Shown here piece by piece: positions 39,608 through 55,172 of a DNA stretch of 64,000 nucleotides. Made by a program: the position numbers and the translations under genes. The notes beneath the pieces are model-generated. The model was not told where the DNA came from, made no database searches, and saw only the letters and a list, made by a program, of their open reading frames with translations. Each line of letters begins with the position of its first letter. Within the stretch, counting starts at the first letter, position 1. Origin of the DNA: Eledone cirrhosa (lineage: Eukaryota); contig OZ024743.1 in the NCBI GenBank assembly GCA_964016885.1, forward strand, positions 108,996,001 to 109,060,000. Direction: 5' to 3'.

Positions 39608-42600
39608 GGGGGGGGTGCGTGCGTGTGTGTGTGTGTGTATGTGTCTCCTTCGCCGATGTATATAGAATAGCCTAGAAAACATCATGGAGAAAATTGAAAA
39701 TAACATTGGTGATCCTCCATCCATTGGTGTTATTTTCAGCACTAACATACTCAGATAAATTATTGTCACACTAACTGGTCTGAACTGTGATAAACAATGT
39801 ATGTGTATGTTGATAACATATAACCAGCTAGGCGATATAATATGAATTAAAATATAATATATAAATACGCTAGAATAGAAACCGTGAAGAGGATTATAAT
39901 TGCTTCTTAATGCTTGAGGATTAGAAGCCAGTGAGATATTTGGCAATTCTAAGTAATACGAGAACATGGAGATCGTGTGTATTCCGAATATATAAAACCA
40001 GCTGCTGTTATATTATATATGAGAAATATAATATTAAAATAGCTAGCTGGAACTATTAATTCTCATTGGATTAATTTAATTGAGTTAAAATCAATATATT
40101 TGAAAATAAAAAAAGAAGGAAATATATACTTATATTCAACATTTCTAATCTACTGAAAGCGTTGAACTAAATTGTATATCTAGTTGAAGCCATTATTTCC
40201 TGTTTGATAAAAGCGAGATTTCCAGATTTAAAAGAGAAATCTTAGATGTATTTTCATTTATATTTTGCCTTGTTATCGGTAAATATATTAAAACAGGTTT
40301 CTCTTGCAATATATAGATTTGAAGAGATATGTAATTTAATAAGCATTAGCAGTCTGTACAGACTTTGTACTTCCTTCGTACAAAGTACACATTGATATAA
40401 TATTAATATTAGACATATTGTAAATAGTAACAACTATTAAACGAATCCGTATCTTTACAGTTCCGGTCTATCGACAAAATATACTAATTTATGAAAAGCT
40501 AATTTCCATATCCGATGAAAAGACCTACCCGGAACCCACACCGCTACCTCGTCTTGCAATACACTATTATAAACCTCTTCTGTGTATAATTCTAACTTTA
40601 TTCTTCCCTGCAAAAACCAACTGTATCATATTTATACAAGCATTTAACTGTAGCATTAACTCACACTATTCAACTGTAAATATACTACACTAGAATGCTA
40701 TACAAAATGTACAAACATATTCGTCTATATTGTATATTTTCAAATATCTATACTTTTCTGTCTTCTCTTGTGTTTATCCTTATCATGCCAACTAGAACTC
40801 ACTTGGCTGCTTCCAGACGTTTTCTGATTATATACATTTTCCTTTCTATCTATCACAACTCTCTTCTCGGATCCTCCCTAGCACATTTAGTAATAATAAA
40901 TCAGCTCTAGATGAATTAGTATATACATTTAAAAAAAAGATTAATATCCGGGAGACTAAAGCAAACGTCTCTAAATCTCACAGAATACTATCATACATAT
41001 TTCTCATTTAAATTGCAAATAGATATTCTCTTTTACCAACTTCGTTGGGCTGATTTTATGATGTCTTTCTTCTGTTAAATCTCAGAAATCCACGATGAGA
41101 AAACCATACGATAAACCGGTGGACGTGTCATGGAAGGGATATAGCTGTTATTTGTTGAGTAACATGCGATATGAATACATTCAAATGCATATGAATATGT
41201 TTCAATAACAATATTGAATACATAATTGCTATCAAATTTATATGTTAGATAATTATTTTTGTTTGTTATCTTTATTAATTATATTTATTTGGTACCTAAG
41301 GACAATCGAGTTTATTATTCGTGCTAATGTAACAAAACCTCATTGAAAATCATATTATATACATAATTACTTAGTAAAATATTGGTATGTAATGAAATTG
41401 TATATCTAATCATGCTTCCTTTAATGAATTGTGGTTAAATATACGATTTTATTAAGTATATAGTTTATAGTGAGTTTGCAATTCTTTACTGTACAAATAT
41501 GACGATGACAGACTGCATATGATTAATAAAAGCCGTGCTAATGTAATACAATTCCGAACTAATATAATTTCACTATATCTATGGCTGTCAGATATTTTGT
41601 TTTCCATTTCTGGTAAAATTATTCGATGCTCGAGTATATTAAGAACAAGAGATTATGATATAACCCTGCAATACCACTAGGCTTCCCTTTCTATAAATCC
41701 CTTCCCACCATCGGTCTAGATAATTGTTGTACACTTATTGGCTGATTTTATCTCAGAGAAAATGTTGTCAATTTAATAAATATCTGTTAGCATAAAAATA
41801 GTGCACCCACTGATCACAAAAAGAAAATAGATATTAAATAACAGAGTTCGGGATATACTATATCGGAAAGTGAGACAGAATTTTAAGGCCAGTGCTGCCA
41901 TGCTTGCCATTCAATTACACAAATTCACACGAAAATTAAATCGAAAATCAACGATGCATATTCCCACTGGGATATTTTAAGGTAAATAGAGTCATTTCTG
42001 TAGTTTCAGAATAGATCAGCCTGTAAATATCCAATAACAGAAACATGTAATTTCATATTACTGTCTAAGTTCTACTCATAACAGAAAAAAATACAACGGT
42101 GTATAGCCGGCGACTGAGTCGGTAAAGAGTTGCTCAACTCGCCATAAAGCAGGCCGATTTTCCCCAAATGACATAATATTGTTACAAAAAGGAAATGAAA
42201 GATTAAACACAATAGTCATAAATACACTACCTCTGAAAAATTTAGTCGATCATGGTTAATATATGGCTACCCAACAACACTTCATCAACAATAACATCAA
42301 TATAACATACAAGAAATATCGTAATTATAAGCTACAAGTTACCAATTATAAGGATATAAAACATTTTATAAGAAAAATGAAGACTCATTCATATGTTTTG
42401 TAAACAAAACAGTATGGTGTAGATTGGGGAGGAAGAGATAATGCGAAATGTATCACCACTAATTCGTGAAGATAAAATATATCTTAGATAATTTCATCCG
42501 TACACATACGATTCAAATGAGGTTGTATTAAACAGTAACACTTACCCAGACAACAACATTTAATGTTTCAAAGATTGTTTTTTTTTTATTTGTGGAAAGG

Positions 42601-43078
42601 ACGTTACAAATTTAAAGTACATTCTAAATTTGATTTTTTTTTCTTTTTATACGACTTACTCTCAATATATATATGTTTGTTATTTCGTTTCTCTTCACTT
42701 AAGTGTAACCTCTTAAAAGATCAACAACTATTTATTATTCAGGTTTAAAGCACTTAATTCCGAATGATTCAGTTAAGAAATCGATCTAACAATATTATTA
42801 TTATCATTATTATTATTATTATTATTATTATTAGAATCGTTGTTGTTCCTGCTGTCATCGCCATCGTATTTGTTGTTGTTCGAGTTGCTACGATTCTTTA
42901 CTTAATGGTTAATGGGGTAGAGTTATATGTTCAACAACTTTTATTTAATGCCTAAGGCTAATCTTCTGACCCAGAAATGATGTTTTACCATTACATACTT
43001 TACAGTTAAACTTTCAAAAGGACACAATGGATTCACACACATACACACCCACGCACCGAAACACACACACACACACAT

Positions 43079-43113
<35 letters not shown>

Positions 43114-43118
43114 CATAA

Positions 43119-43150
<32 letters not shown>

Positions 43151-43402
43151 TTATATATCTTGTAACCATATTATCTTAACACGTTTCTATGTATATAGAT
43201 GAATACATTCATATGAGTATGTACAGATATTAATGTATATATAGTATGCATTTATTGTGAACAAATTATTGCTACATAAATATACATGTTCATGAATTTG
43301 AATATATAAACATATATTATAATGCGTCTGTTTCACTTGTAAATGAAATATTCTATTTGTATAGGCTGTATGTATGTCTAATTTTTATAGGCATATATAT
43401 TT

Positions 43403-43460
<58 letters not shown>

Positions 43461-43473
43461 TATATATAGAACT

Positions 43474-43590
<117 letters not shown>

Positions 43591-44064
43591 CATATATAAG
43601 TTTGTATGTATACATTTGTGTGTGTGTGTTTACATATATGTAGATATTTTCATATATAGAAACATACATACACGCATACACAAACACGTTTATATAAGTG
43701 GGTGTATGTGTATGCATATATATATATTCACAAAGACATACGCAAATGCCTGTATACTTACAAGCATATGCGTATGGCTGTGTAAATACATATGATTCTT
43801 ATCTTCAAGTTTGGGTTACGTCACCACTTACCAATGTATTGTAATGCTTTTAGTAACAAAATGTTTGTTATTTCAGTGTCATTTTTAACAGATAGGAATT
43901 TCCTCCAAATTTTCCCCAGTTAATTGGCTTGGTGGGTGGTTCCTATCTGTTTAGTTTTATTTTTACAACACTCAGTCATACTTGCGAAAATAATAGACGT
44001 TTATTCGCATATTTGTACACGGACAGCAACACATAGGCCCAGACAGACACGCAATCGCACACTC

Positions 44065-44095
<31 letters not shown>

Positions 44096-44100
44096 TATAC

Positions 44101-44167
<67 letters not shown>

Positions 44168-44644
44168 CCTTTAGAAGCCATCTCTATATTAAATATTAAA
44201 TATATATATATATATATACGTAAGCATGTGTGAATTAGAATACGGTGGTGATTGTAAAATTTGGAAATATAATGCAATTTCACTTACATCTTACAGGTCG
44301 AATTGATGCTCAGGTAAATAACACTTGTTTATTAGAAATGTTTAGTAGAATGTTTAGTGATAAATAACATGTAGTTAAAACATATTTACGGTCATAAACT
44401 CGTGTTTGTCACAGGATATTTAATTATGGATATTCAGTAAGTGGCGAATATGTCATATATCTGTACGACTCAGTAATATAGTTGACCTGCTTGCCCTTAA
44501 TCATTGAAGCATATAACCCGAATCTACGTATGGCCTTGAATAAGTTTTTTAACATCATTATGATAGCTTTCCGATCTGAGACAACTGTGGGTTGAAATTC
44601 CTGTATCACAAGGAAATGAGATACATTTGAGAAGGCTATGCCAA

Positions 44645-44755
44645 AAGGCGGCGAATTGGATAGAATGCTTTGTAGTATTTATTTCGACTCTCTGCTTTCT
44701 GAGTTCAAATCGCGCCGATAAAGAGAGTACAAATCATGTACTGGGATCGATTCTT
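44645..44755 (+). mobile_element. SINE fragment (head + B box, core deleted)
   Basis: aaggcggcgaattgg..tctgagttcaaatcgcgccga..gtactgggatcgat. Confidence 0.6.
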
Positions 44756-45543
44756 CCTGTATATAACATTCTCAGTTCATTTCTCTCACTCTCTCAATTC
44801 TTTTCTGGAAGAAATTTGTTGTATTGAAAACTGGAGAGGATATGTGTTGCGACAGGTTTAACAAATGCCCTAGAAACGCCGCGTGTCAATATGGCGCCCC
44901 AACGACTCCTCAGAAGTTAGTGTCCATACCACACCATACTGTACATTATATGAAAACTTGAAGCAAACTGCATACCGCCGTTTTGGGGTGTTATCGATTC
45001 TAACAGTTTGGATATAAATGTCGAATGGGCAGAATTCTATGAAGTGGCCAAAGTACTATCGTAGAACTGTGTGTATTATGTATTTATATTTCCAGTATTT
45101 AATTAGTAAAATATTTAATAATGATCAAATCAATCATACTCTAATCATGTTATGACCTTTTATAAATAAAACAATTGACAAAAAAAAAAAAAAAAAAAAA
45201 TGAAAAAGCCCAAGTGTACAGTTGTTTAGTACTTTTTTGTGTGGAAATGTTTAGTGTAATATTTCTGATAATTAATACGATACTGAGTTTTCTTTAACGC
45301 TTGTTTATTTGAAATTAGGTTTCTAATGATCAATGCATTAAATTGGGTAGCACGATCTAATCCTGAAAGGGCTTTAAGGCGATAGAGAAAGAGAAAGAAA
45401 GAAAAATAGAGTGAGAGTGAGAGAAAGAGAGAGAGACTGAGAGAGAGAGATAGATAGAGAGATAGATAGAGAGATAGATAGAGAGATATATAGATATATA
45501 TATATATATAGAGAGAGAGATAGATATATAGATAAAGAGAGAG

Positions 45544-45583
<40 letters not shown>

Positions 45584-46649
45584 GGAGAGGGAGAGAGACA
45601 TATATATATATAGATAGAAAGAGAGAGACCGTAATTGTAACAGTGAGATAGCTCCACGGGAAAGGAAGAGGAATGGAAAAAAATCACGTTCGTGATAAAA
45701 CTATTATTTTTTTCTTGCCAACGGCTGTCTTTGGGAACTTCTCTCTGTATCTTATTCTTTAAAATATGTTACTTTTTATGCCTCTTCCTCTACAATAAGG
45801 CCATTCAATCATCAATTTTCTCCTCACTACTTCACAGTGAACATTATATTTCATCTCGAAGGTATAATAACTCTGAAATATATTCAATGTATGGAATAAT
45901 TAAAACTATTTCTATCCGTGGAAATTCCAAGGAGATTTAATAAAAATTCATTCAACACAATTTCATTTGGTATTTTATTGTTTTTCTGAAATATCTAATT
46001 CCTGATATTGATATGCTTGGGTATGGTCATGCTAATATTGCCAGAAAATATAGTAAAACACCCTTATGTTTGGTTTGGTTTTGGCTTCAGTAGATATTTT
46101 GAAGGTAAATCCTTAGGAGAGAAACAATTTAACTCCATATTTATTGTTATACACGTGTCACGGCACCGCTTCTAGCTTGAACTTTTATCTATGTTATATA
46201 AAGAATAAAACATGCTTTAAGATATAATAATTAATGAGACAACTACATAGACGGAGAAATAATACAAATGTCATGTTTGCTTGTCGTGGATGCGATAGTT
46301 ATTTTAATCATATTGAAAATTCAAAATAGATACGAAACTAAATGTACGTTGATAAATTTTGTGTACTATTTTCTAGATATAATTTTCTTACATCCTCATT
46401 CATATTTTCTCTTTTTGTTCTCAGTCCACTTTATATTCACACCGTTCTCGTATTCGTAGCCAGAAACCAACCCCTCCGAACATTTTCCTATAACGCCTAA
46501 TATGTTCAGCTGCAACTTCTCGTTTGACCATTGTAATTGTGTTATTAGATTTATCAAAATAGCCCTGGGATGGTGGAATGTATAGAGGGTCAGACCAAAT
46601 GATTTGTTGAATTTAGTTATGGTTTTTTCCGAGCTGATTGAAACATCCT

Positions 46650-46765
46650 GCAAAGGTTATCTTTGCCTTTCATCCTTCACATATCAATAATATGAAGTCC
46701 CAAATAATTACTAGAGGTCAATTTGACAAACTTTGACTTGCTGGCCTTGTTCCTAAATTATTAAT
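46650..46765 (+). mobile_element. Meta-domain-type SINE 3' fragment
   Basis: ctttgcctttcatccttc..ttgctggccttgttcctaaat. Confidence 0.6.
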
Positions 46766-49700
46766 CTTTGAAACTGGGGTGAAAGAATAATGTATGCAAC
46801 AACTGTTTTTAACAATCTCAATTGTAAAACGTAATCGAAGGCATGATATATCAATGATATTCTGCTACATTACGTTTATGTTGGTAACGCTGCCTAATAA
46901 TCTAATTTTCATATCAGAGATATAGCAATAATGTTAATCATAGTTTTGGTAAACGAATCATGATAATTACCCTGCTGATACCTGAGCAGTGGATTCTACA
47001 AAGTGTCAATGACTTCGAAGTTATATATCAGCGTTTCATCTTCTTGGATGCTTTAAGCATATCTTCCTACTTTCTCAGTAAACTCTAATCTCATAGCCTT
47101 TTATATCCTATGTAACTAATACCAACTCTTATTGCCACTAACCAACCTCTTCCAATCTCTTTAAACCGTAATATTCCCTTTTCTTTCTAGCTTCAAATTG
47201 CACATATAATAATTTTACTTAATAATTCTAGCTCTTTGCGCTGTGATTTTAAATCAGGCTCTGATCTACATGGGTGAAGTTACTGTCCTTTTCACATTTA
47301 CAGTCTCGGAAATACATTTTCGCATATTATTACCCTGATGAATAACATTAAAATAGGACCAGGTTTCTGTTGTATGATTCTTTAACAGCTTATTCGTTGA
47401 TGGATTCTCAACTCGTATATGCCAATACATTTATTGTTATGGTAAAGGATAGAATTGTAAAAGGCTTTCCTACTCAAATAAAATATGGGAAATAATCCTT
47501 ATAAAATACATTGACGTTGGATATTTTCCAAACCTTTCATTAAGTGTCTTCAAATATCGAAAGCATATGAACGCATTAACTGAAACTTATGTTTTATCTT
47601 CGAGGTTTCACTGCACCGCTTCCAGATGTGTTTTCATCTAATAATCACAGTGGTATTATATTATGTCTGTGAATATTACCGACAGATTTCCAATATGTGC
47701 ATGAGTGGCCTTGCCGCTTGCCATGCAGAGTTTTATACGTTATATGAATAACTTTAATTCCATGGGTTTTTATTTCCCGGAATTATGGTTTTTACTTGTT
47801 TTAAATGTGATGCAAGGATAGCGAATCAATATCTGCATTAAAATTCAAGAATTCAGAAAATCCAAATATTATTTACGTTCTTTTGCATTTTGACTGCTTC
47901 TTCCTCCAAAAGGAATCATATTTTAAAATTTCAAACATTCTCAATTCTTCGTAAATTACCTAAATATTCTTTATACCTCTAGCTTATAAAATATGGTACT
48001 TGCTGTCTAAATACACTTTTCTGTTTAAACGCGGGCATATGGCAGATGTGTGTTGCGATTCGCACAGGCTTACCTGTTCATTTTGTTCACGTATCCCAAT
48101 GTACGTTAGATTTGTCATGTCGTAGCTTTGCACAAAAGCACGCATATTTTCTAGTTGATATTACCCGAAGGCTTCGTAAATTAACTAAAAGTTGTTTATA
48201 CATGATATTATTATTCACTAGTAATATCGTTTGTTGCATATATCTTTCTAATGCTCACTGTATTAAATATTAATTATAAAATTCACCCTGTGTTTGTGTG
48301 TATGTTATTAAGTGTGAAAGTGCGTTGTTTACTGTTAAGGGTGTTCGCACTATTTCACGTTGCACCAGACCACTCAGCTGGCAATGTATGGTGTACCTGT
48401 TATTCAAAATGCCAGCCTTATGACAATGTTTGACAACGAATTTTCTGGAGAGCTATCTCAAATGTATACGTACCTATATAATACTTAAACAAGCGCAGGT
48501 TGATTTCACGATTAGGCTGTTCTGTTATATCGAATCATATCACATATTCGTCTTCGGAACAGAGGGATTTCAAACAAACCCATCTATTTAGAATGAAGCT
48601 ATTTTAAACAGGGGATACGACGTATATATAATTGATGATTATATCGTTAAGCTCATGTCCACAGTTCAAGCACCTCCATTAGTGCCTACTGCAGAAGAAT
48701 GGCCTAAACTGCTCTGGTTTATCCACGTGTACTGCACGGAGTTAAAATCTCTAATTGCTACATCGAGACTTAATGGCACATGGGAGAAACATTATTTTAG
48801 TCACATAAACCAAAGGATGACAAAAGGAAGAGAAAACTGATGCTTCCAATGAAATATACATAGAATTGTGTATCATACTAAGAATGATAATATATGGCTA
48901 ATATAAGAATGATTGATCGACAGGAAAAACACCAAGTAAATAGTTTTAGAAATATATAGATAGAATGAGTGAGGAAAGACAGGGCTTAGCGAAGAAAAAG
49001 GTAAAATATTGGCAGATAGAGATATATCGATGTATATACAGATAAATATACAAAGAGAGAAAGGAGAAAGGATGACCACTAAAAATATGGATATGGACAG
49101 AGGAAGAATAAGTCAGGTCGTGATAACGAAGCAAGGATGTATGATCGAGAAAGAATTGCAAAGGCTGACTGAATGAAAATGATTGATTAAGCGTTAGTAA
49201 ATGTTAGAGAAAATCAGCGACGACGACAAAATTATTTGAGAAATCAGAGGAATACGTTCTGCGAGAGCTTGTCCGCTACAGAGAGAAATAGAGAGACGGA
49301 GAGTGAGTGATAGAGGGAGAGAGAGAGAAGGAGGATAGAAGGATAGATAATAGAATGAGATTGAGTGAGAGGAAAACGAGTGAGAGTGATAATTCAGAGA
49401 GTAGGGGAATGGAAAGACAGAGAAAAATAGAAGCGTGAGATATAGATACTTACTAGACAGAGAGACTATAGACAGTGAAACAGATCTAAAGACAGAAAAG
49501 AGGAGAGAAATAAAATAGGTACAGTGACAGATAGATAGGGAGAGGGAGAGAGGGAGGGTGATTTAATGAATGAAAAAGACAGTGATAAATCCCGTAATTA
49601 TTGCTCATTATTGATTGCTAATCTAATCAATGACAGAATAATTAGAAGGGCGAATTGAAGAATAGAAAAAAATATATAACGAATTTATATACATTATTTG

Positions 49701-50169
49701 CTGGAAGGGTGAATTAATTGGTGTACAAATATCTTGTTTGAAGAAAGACAGAGAATGCAAAATGCCTGTCGAACGCTCTGGTCAGTTTTGTTTCATTTTT
49801 AATTTAAACAGTGGATGTGAGTGTGTATGGGTGTTTGTGTTTGTGTGTGTGTATGTGTGTTTGTATGTGTGTCTGTATGAGTGTGTGTGTGTGTGCGTGT
49901 ATGTGTGTGTTTGTGTGCTTGTGAGTTTAGGTGGAAAGTTTTGAGTTCCAATCCTGGAACCTGGAACCTGTGACGCAAACCTGTGTCCTTCAGAATGAAT
50001 CGTTCACGTTGCTCGAAGGCACCCAGCTAGCAAAATTTAATTGGATGTGTAATTAAAGGTAATCGACCGTGCAATATATTTCTGTCTCATCAAAACACAG
50101 TGAAAACTATGTCCAGGGTGCATGTGTTTCAGGAATTCTCAATCACATGATCGTTAATTTTACGAACAA

Positions 50170-50390
50170 ATTGTTCCGTTGATTGATAGTTAGTGTTGTC
50201 AGTTAGCCCCAAGTAAGCTCTGTTTCAGCAGAGGTACCATGAAAAGCATTGCAGCTTTGACCATCATGTATATTTTGTATATCTAGGAAGACCTTATCGA
50301 AAGGAACTTTTCTTTTTGAAGTGTAGTTCTAGCAATATTTGGCTTCTATTTCTAGCAGCATCGTGGAGCATGTAGACCTTTCCATATTCA
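50170..50390 (+). repeat. Dispersed repeat fragment with atttggcttctatttctagcag motif
   Basis: Motif shared with 24908, 32838, 51339 and 1290. Confidence 0.4.
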
Positions 50391-50502
50391 CGCAAATTAT
50401 TTATATGGTCGTGTGGCAGTGCAATGTGGTTATTGATAAAAAAAAATATACGAAATAAATATCTATAGACGGGAAAAATACCATCTATCTATCTATCTTT
50501 CT

Positions 50503-50696
50503 ACTCCTGGAGATAAGGGTTGCACATTTTTTTCCGGGGTATGTGCTACCCACATGTAATGTCTCCCCCAATTTGGGAAAGTCGATTAGCTTTTAAATTG
50601 TATTTGTGATAGTATTTTACAAGTTCTTATTGTATGTAAACTTCCCCCTTTGTATTTGTCCCCTTCTTTTGCGCCCCTTTGGCTAATAAAGAAACA
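50503..50696 (+). mobile_element. 3' UTR fragment of a related Tx1 element inserted in (ATCT)n
   Basis: ctcccccaatttgggaa..tgtaaac..tgtccc..gcccctttggctaataaagaaac parallels the 3' UTRs of copies A-C; ATCT repeats on both sides. Confidence 0.7.
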
Positions 50697-50743
50697 TATC
50701 TATCTATTACGTTCAACGACGCTATATATATAGACATATAAAC

Positions 50744-50787
<44 letters not shown>

Positions 50788-50791
50788 CTAT

Positions 50792-50894
<103 letters not shown>

Positions 50895-51027
50895 TATACA
50901 TATATACATACATATATATATATTCAGTATAAATCAAAATTGTAGCTGCCATATATATATATTATCCTGTCAGGTGATCGTGCGAATACACAGGAAAGCC
51001 CTCCGAGTAAGAAGACGTTGCTACCTG

Positions 51028-51177
<150 letters not shown>

Positions 51178-51655
51178 GATATAGATAATCCAGTATGTAC
51201 TAAGTAGCCGCGGAAATATATATGGTGTCTATAATAGTGGTTGTTCTAGACACCATATATATTTCCGTGGGTACTTAGTACCTACTGGAATATCTATATC
51301 TGAATTCTCCTTAATGTTGAGAAAAGAATGTTGAATCATGCTGCTATTTCTAGTAACATGAAATATCAACCAGTCTATTATCCCCGCTCTTTCTAACGGC
51401 CCATCTGTGTGGTGGTCATTTTACCGGCTTGATTCATTCACCGGGCAGAAAGCGACACATCCACATCTACGTGGATTTATATCTAGCAGGTTTGGAAAAT
51501 CTATCTGAAGAGTTATATATTTCCATTAGAAATTCTCTGAACTTCCAATCTTTTGATTAGCGAAACCTTCGGTCATGGCACTAGAAGAGGTAAATATTTA
51601 AATCGTATTTTAATTTATTTAAAAGAGTGTTTAATATTTACTTGTTCCGCTCATA
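51178..51655 (+). mobile_element. Non-coding HHR element with 5' fold-back
   Basis: ~55-bp-arm hairpin at 51178-51300, GCTGCTATTTCTAG motif at 51339, HHR at 51501, (TA)n flanks. Confidence 0.6.
51501..51578 (+). ncRNA. Type I hammerhead ribozyme, intact core, GTC cleavage site
   Basis: CTAT-CTGAAGA-GTTA[~42 nt]TAGC-GAAA-CC-TTC-GG-TC-ATGG. Confidence 0.75.
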
Positions 51656-51664
51656 TATATATAT

Positions 51665-53727
51665 ATATTATGGGATAATGCTTTCCAAGTTATTGAATGG
51701 TTCACTAGCATTGAGAATAAAAACTCAGCTTCATTCATTCAATTCGACATCGATTTTTACTATTCTTCGATTTCTCAAATTCTTTTAAACAAAGCACTGA
51801 TCTTCGCCAGTAATAGATCGGATTTATCTACTGAGGAAATCAACATCATAACTCACGCTTGAAAAACCTTACTAAACTCCCAAGAAGAATACTGGACAAG
51901 AAACACATATAACAACTTATTCGATATTACGATGGGATCCATGGACTCTGCTCAAGTTACAGACATCGTTGGACTATTTCTCCTCTATAATATTCATTAC
52001 TCAAAGGTGGTCCGTATCGGGATGATTGTCTATTGTTATCTAACAATCTTAGCAATTCCAATATAGAGAAAAACCCCAAAAAACAAATTAGAAAATTCCT
52101 CATGCATTAGCATCACTTTTGAAAATATTTCAAAAGTAGCTAATTTCCTTGACGTTACCTTAGACCTCTCTACGAATATTTATCAACCTTACCACAAACC
52201 CAACCAGAATCTACACTATGTACATTCACGATCTAACCACCAAGAACTTAGTATATAACATATCTCTTAGACTTTCTAAATTATCTCCAATGAAGATATA
52301 TTTTATAATAATGCACCCTTCTACAACGAGGCCTTAACTAGAAGTGGATATAAAGAACAAATCTGATATATCCCAAACACTACTATCGACCAACATATAA
52401 AACCTATCAAAAACTACAAACATCAAAAACTACCATTAAAGGGGTTATACCAATTACACCAAACATCCGAAAAACCACAACAACTATTACTACACGATCT
52501 ATGACCAATGTTATCAACCCACCTATGAATACCAGGCACTCAAAATCTCATAATCTACCCAATAATATCAATAAAATACAACCACGGTAATTTAGCAAAT
52601 TCCACAAAAACTGCAAAAGAAACATAACATGGTACAACGCACCCTTCAACCTGCAAACTATTGGACAAATCCCCCCAAAATGTTTGAAATTCTACATAAA
52701 CATTTTCCACCAAACTAAAATACCACCAAATATATAACAAATATACTGTTAAATTATCATACTCTACATCAAACAATCTCCAGCAAAAAATAAGTAACTA
52801 AAACATTAATAAACTTAAAGATAATATGACTACAACACCACAACATAATTTAAATAGGACTGCACCTTTTAAAAAGACAAATAATACAATCCTTCAACCT
52901 GGAAAACACAACCACCCAAATCACCAACACAAAAACAACAGAACACAAAATCACAATACAACTCAAGCACCAAACCACCCACAAAGCAACCTTCATTCTC
53001 CTGCTAACATTAATTACAATAGGAATAGCTCTAGAATTAATGAGAATAGTATAGGCACCACCAACAACCATCTTACGTATGGTTGTAATTGCAGAAATAG
53101 AAGCATCTGCCTCTTAAATGGCAACTGTTTGATTAATAATGTAATATTTAAATGCACTGTGTCTACTACAGACTCCAACAAAACATATATAAAATCTACA
53201 TCAAACACATTTAAGAAAAGATTTTACGAAAACTCTAGTAGTTTTAACAATACTAAACTAGCTAACACCACATCTTTAGCTGAAACAGTAAATATTTATA
53301 AAAAGAGAAAAAATAGATTTCAAGCTATCGTGGAACACCATTCTACAAAGAACTCCATATCTTGGGAACAGGAGGTAATGCAGTTTATGTTCAGGGGAGA
53401 TCTTGGAAATTACTAAATCTAAGGACGATTTATTAAATAAAAGGCAGGAACTGATCATAGTTTGTAATCACCGTATACGAAGTACATTTAAATATTATAA
53501 ACATAATTAAATCATCTAAATAGCAATTCACTATAATCCTATTTAGAGTAACATTTGTTAGTACCCCTTTCCCCTAATGATATGCATTCATGCTTATATT
53601 TTACCTTTTAATGATTTAGCTTCCTTAGGTTTATGCGTTAATGACTAAAGGCAACAAGGTACACAACCACCCGTAATTGCATGAGTAGATATATATCTAT
53701 GTATGTACGATATGGGAATATATTTGT

Positions 53728-53793
<66 letters not shown>

Positions 53794-53920
53794 TTGTGTG
53801 TGTGTATGTCTGTATGTGTGTATATATATATATGTGTGTTTGTGTGTGTGTATATGTGAGTATATGTGTACGAGTGATTGTATATGAGTGTGTGTACATG
53901 TATGAGTGTGTGCATACACA

Positions 53921-53953
<33 letters not shown>

Positions 53954-54860
53954 GGGTATAGGTGTGTATGTGTAAATATAGATATGTATAAATATATGTG
54001 TATATGATTATGTTTACATGTGTAAATATGTAATTATGTTTGCATCTATTTATGAGTATGTGTATTTTTAGTTGCGTATCAATGTAACTATACCTCTCTA
54101 TATATAGTGTGGATATATGCACTTTGTAATCTATGAAATTTATGTGTTTTAACTATGTCAACATGTATTTATCTGTATTTACCTTATACATAAACACACT
54201 TGATAGTATTTTAGAGCGTAGCATACGCTGTATTATACTGAGTGCAATTTATCACACCGTACTATTTTGTGTTAGTCATATTATATTTTTGCATTACTGC
54301 ATTTCATTATCTTATTATAATTTTCATCTTTTAATATACTATCTTTCCTAGCCATGACCTTAATTCATATTCACCTAAAAACTTCAATACAACACTAATC
54401 ATCATTTATTTTTACATTCGTTTTAAACTTCACTATTCCAGATATATTCAACTATCAGTTTGACAATCCCTTTCCTCCTAATAGATTTTTTATGACAATT
54501 CTACTATTAACACCATTCAACCATTCCTTTCAAAGGGTCATGACCTCAACTAAAGTGTATTACTTTTCATCTTAACATCATATGAAAAAAACAATTTGAT
54601 TGGTTAGTTCTTCAACAACCTCCAAATAAGGACATGATTCTAACATACTACTCATTCTGAATCAAATTTTATTGCTTTTGAAAAGAGCTGGTGATATGCA
54701 TGTAACTAAATATTCTCTTTATCTGATATTTTGTAACTAACCTTACATAGATCAATAACGAAGTATAGCTACAATGTATTATAATCCCCTAGAAACGATC
54801 GTAAAGCAGTGAAGTATATCTCTAATGACTTGATTTGTTATTTCATTGTTTTAACTTATA
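51665..54860 (+). mobile_element. Decayed Penelope-like element (RT + GIY-YIG with CxCx5C linker) and long 3' UTR
   Basis: VIEWF..FIQFDIDFYYSSIS, FDITMGS, YRDD, FLDVTL and CNCRNRSIC..VIFKCTV..YIKST; HHR-like GAAACGATCGTA at ~54792. 3' limit approximate. Confidence 0.85.
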
Positions 54861-55057
54861 TATATATATATACATGCATATCTAACTATTCGAGAGAACG
54901 AAAGTGAAAAAGTAATGTCGATGAGATTCTAGGCAATATCAACATTCAGGCAGTGACATTAAACTGAAGTTGTATTTGTTTGTCAAATACCATTTTATAG
55001 AAAGAATAATGCTTCGTTTCACGAGAGAAAGATATAATGTGTATACATGTGAGATGG

Positions 55058-55172
<115 letters not shown>

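Noticed and set aside
48046-48840. Short ORFs and splice-like sites suggesting host exons
   Set aside because: No recognisable protein motif or consistent exon chain.
54685-54812. CTGGTGA...GAAACGATCGTA as a functional HHR
   Set aside because: Core mutation and no adjacent stem I; kept only as supporting evidence for the PLE end.
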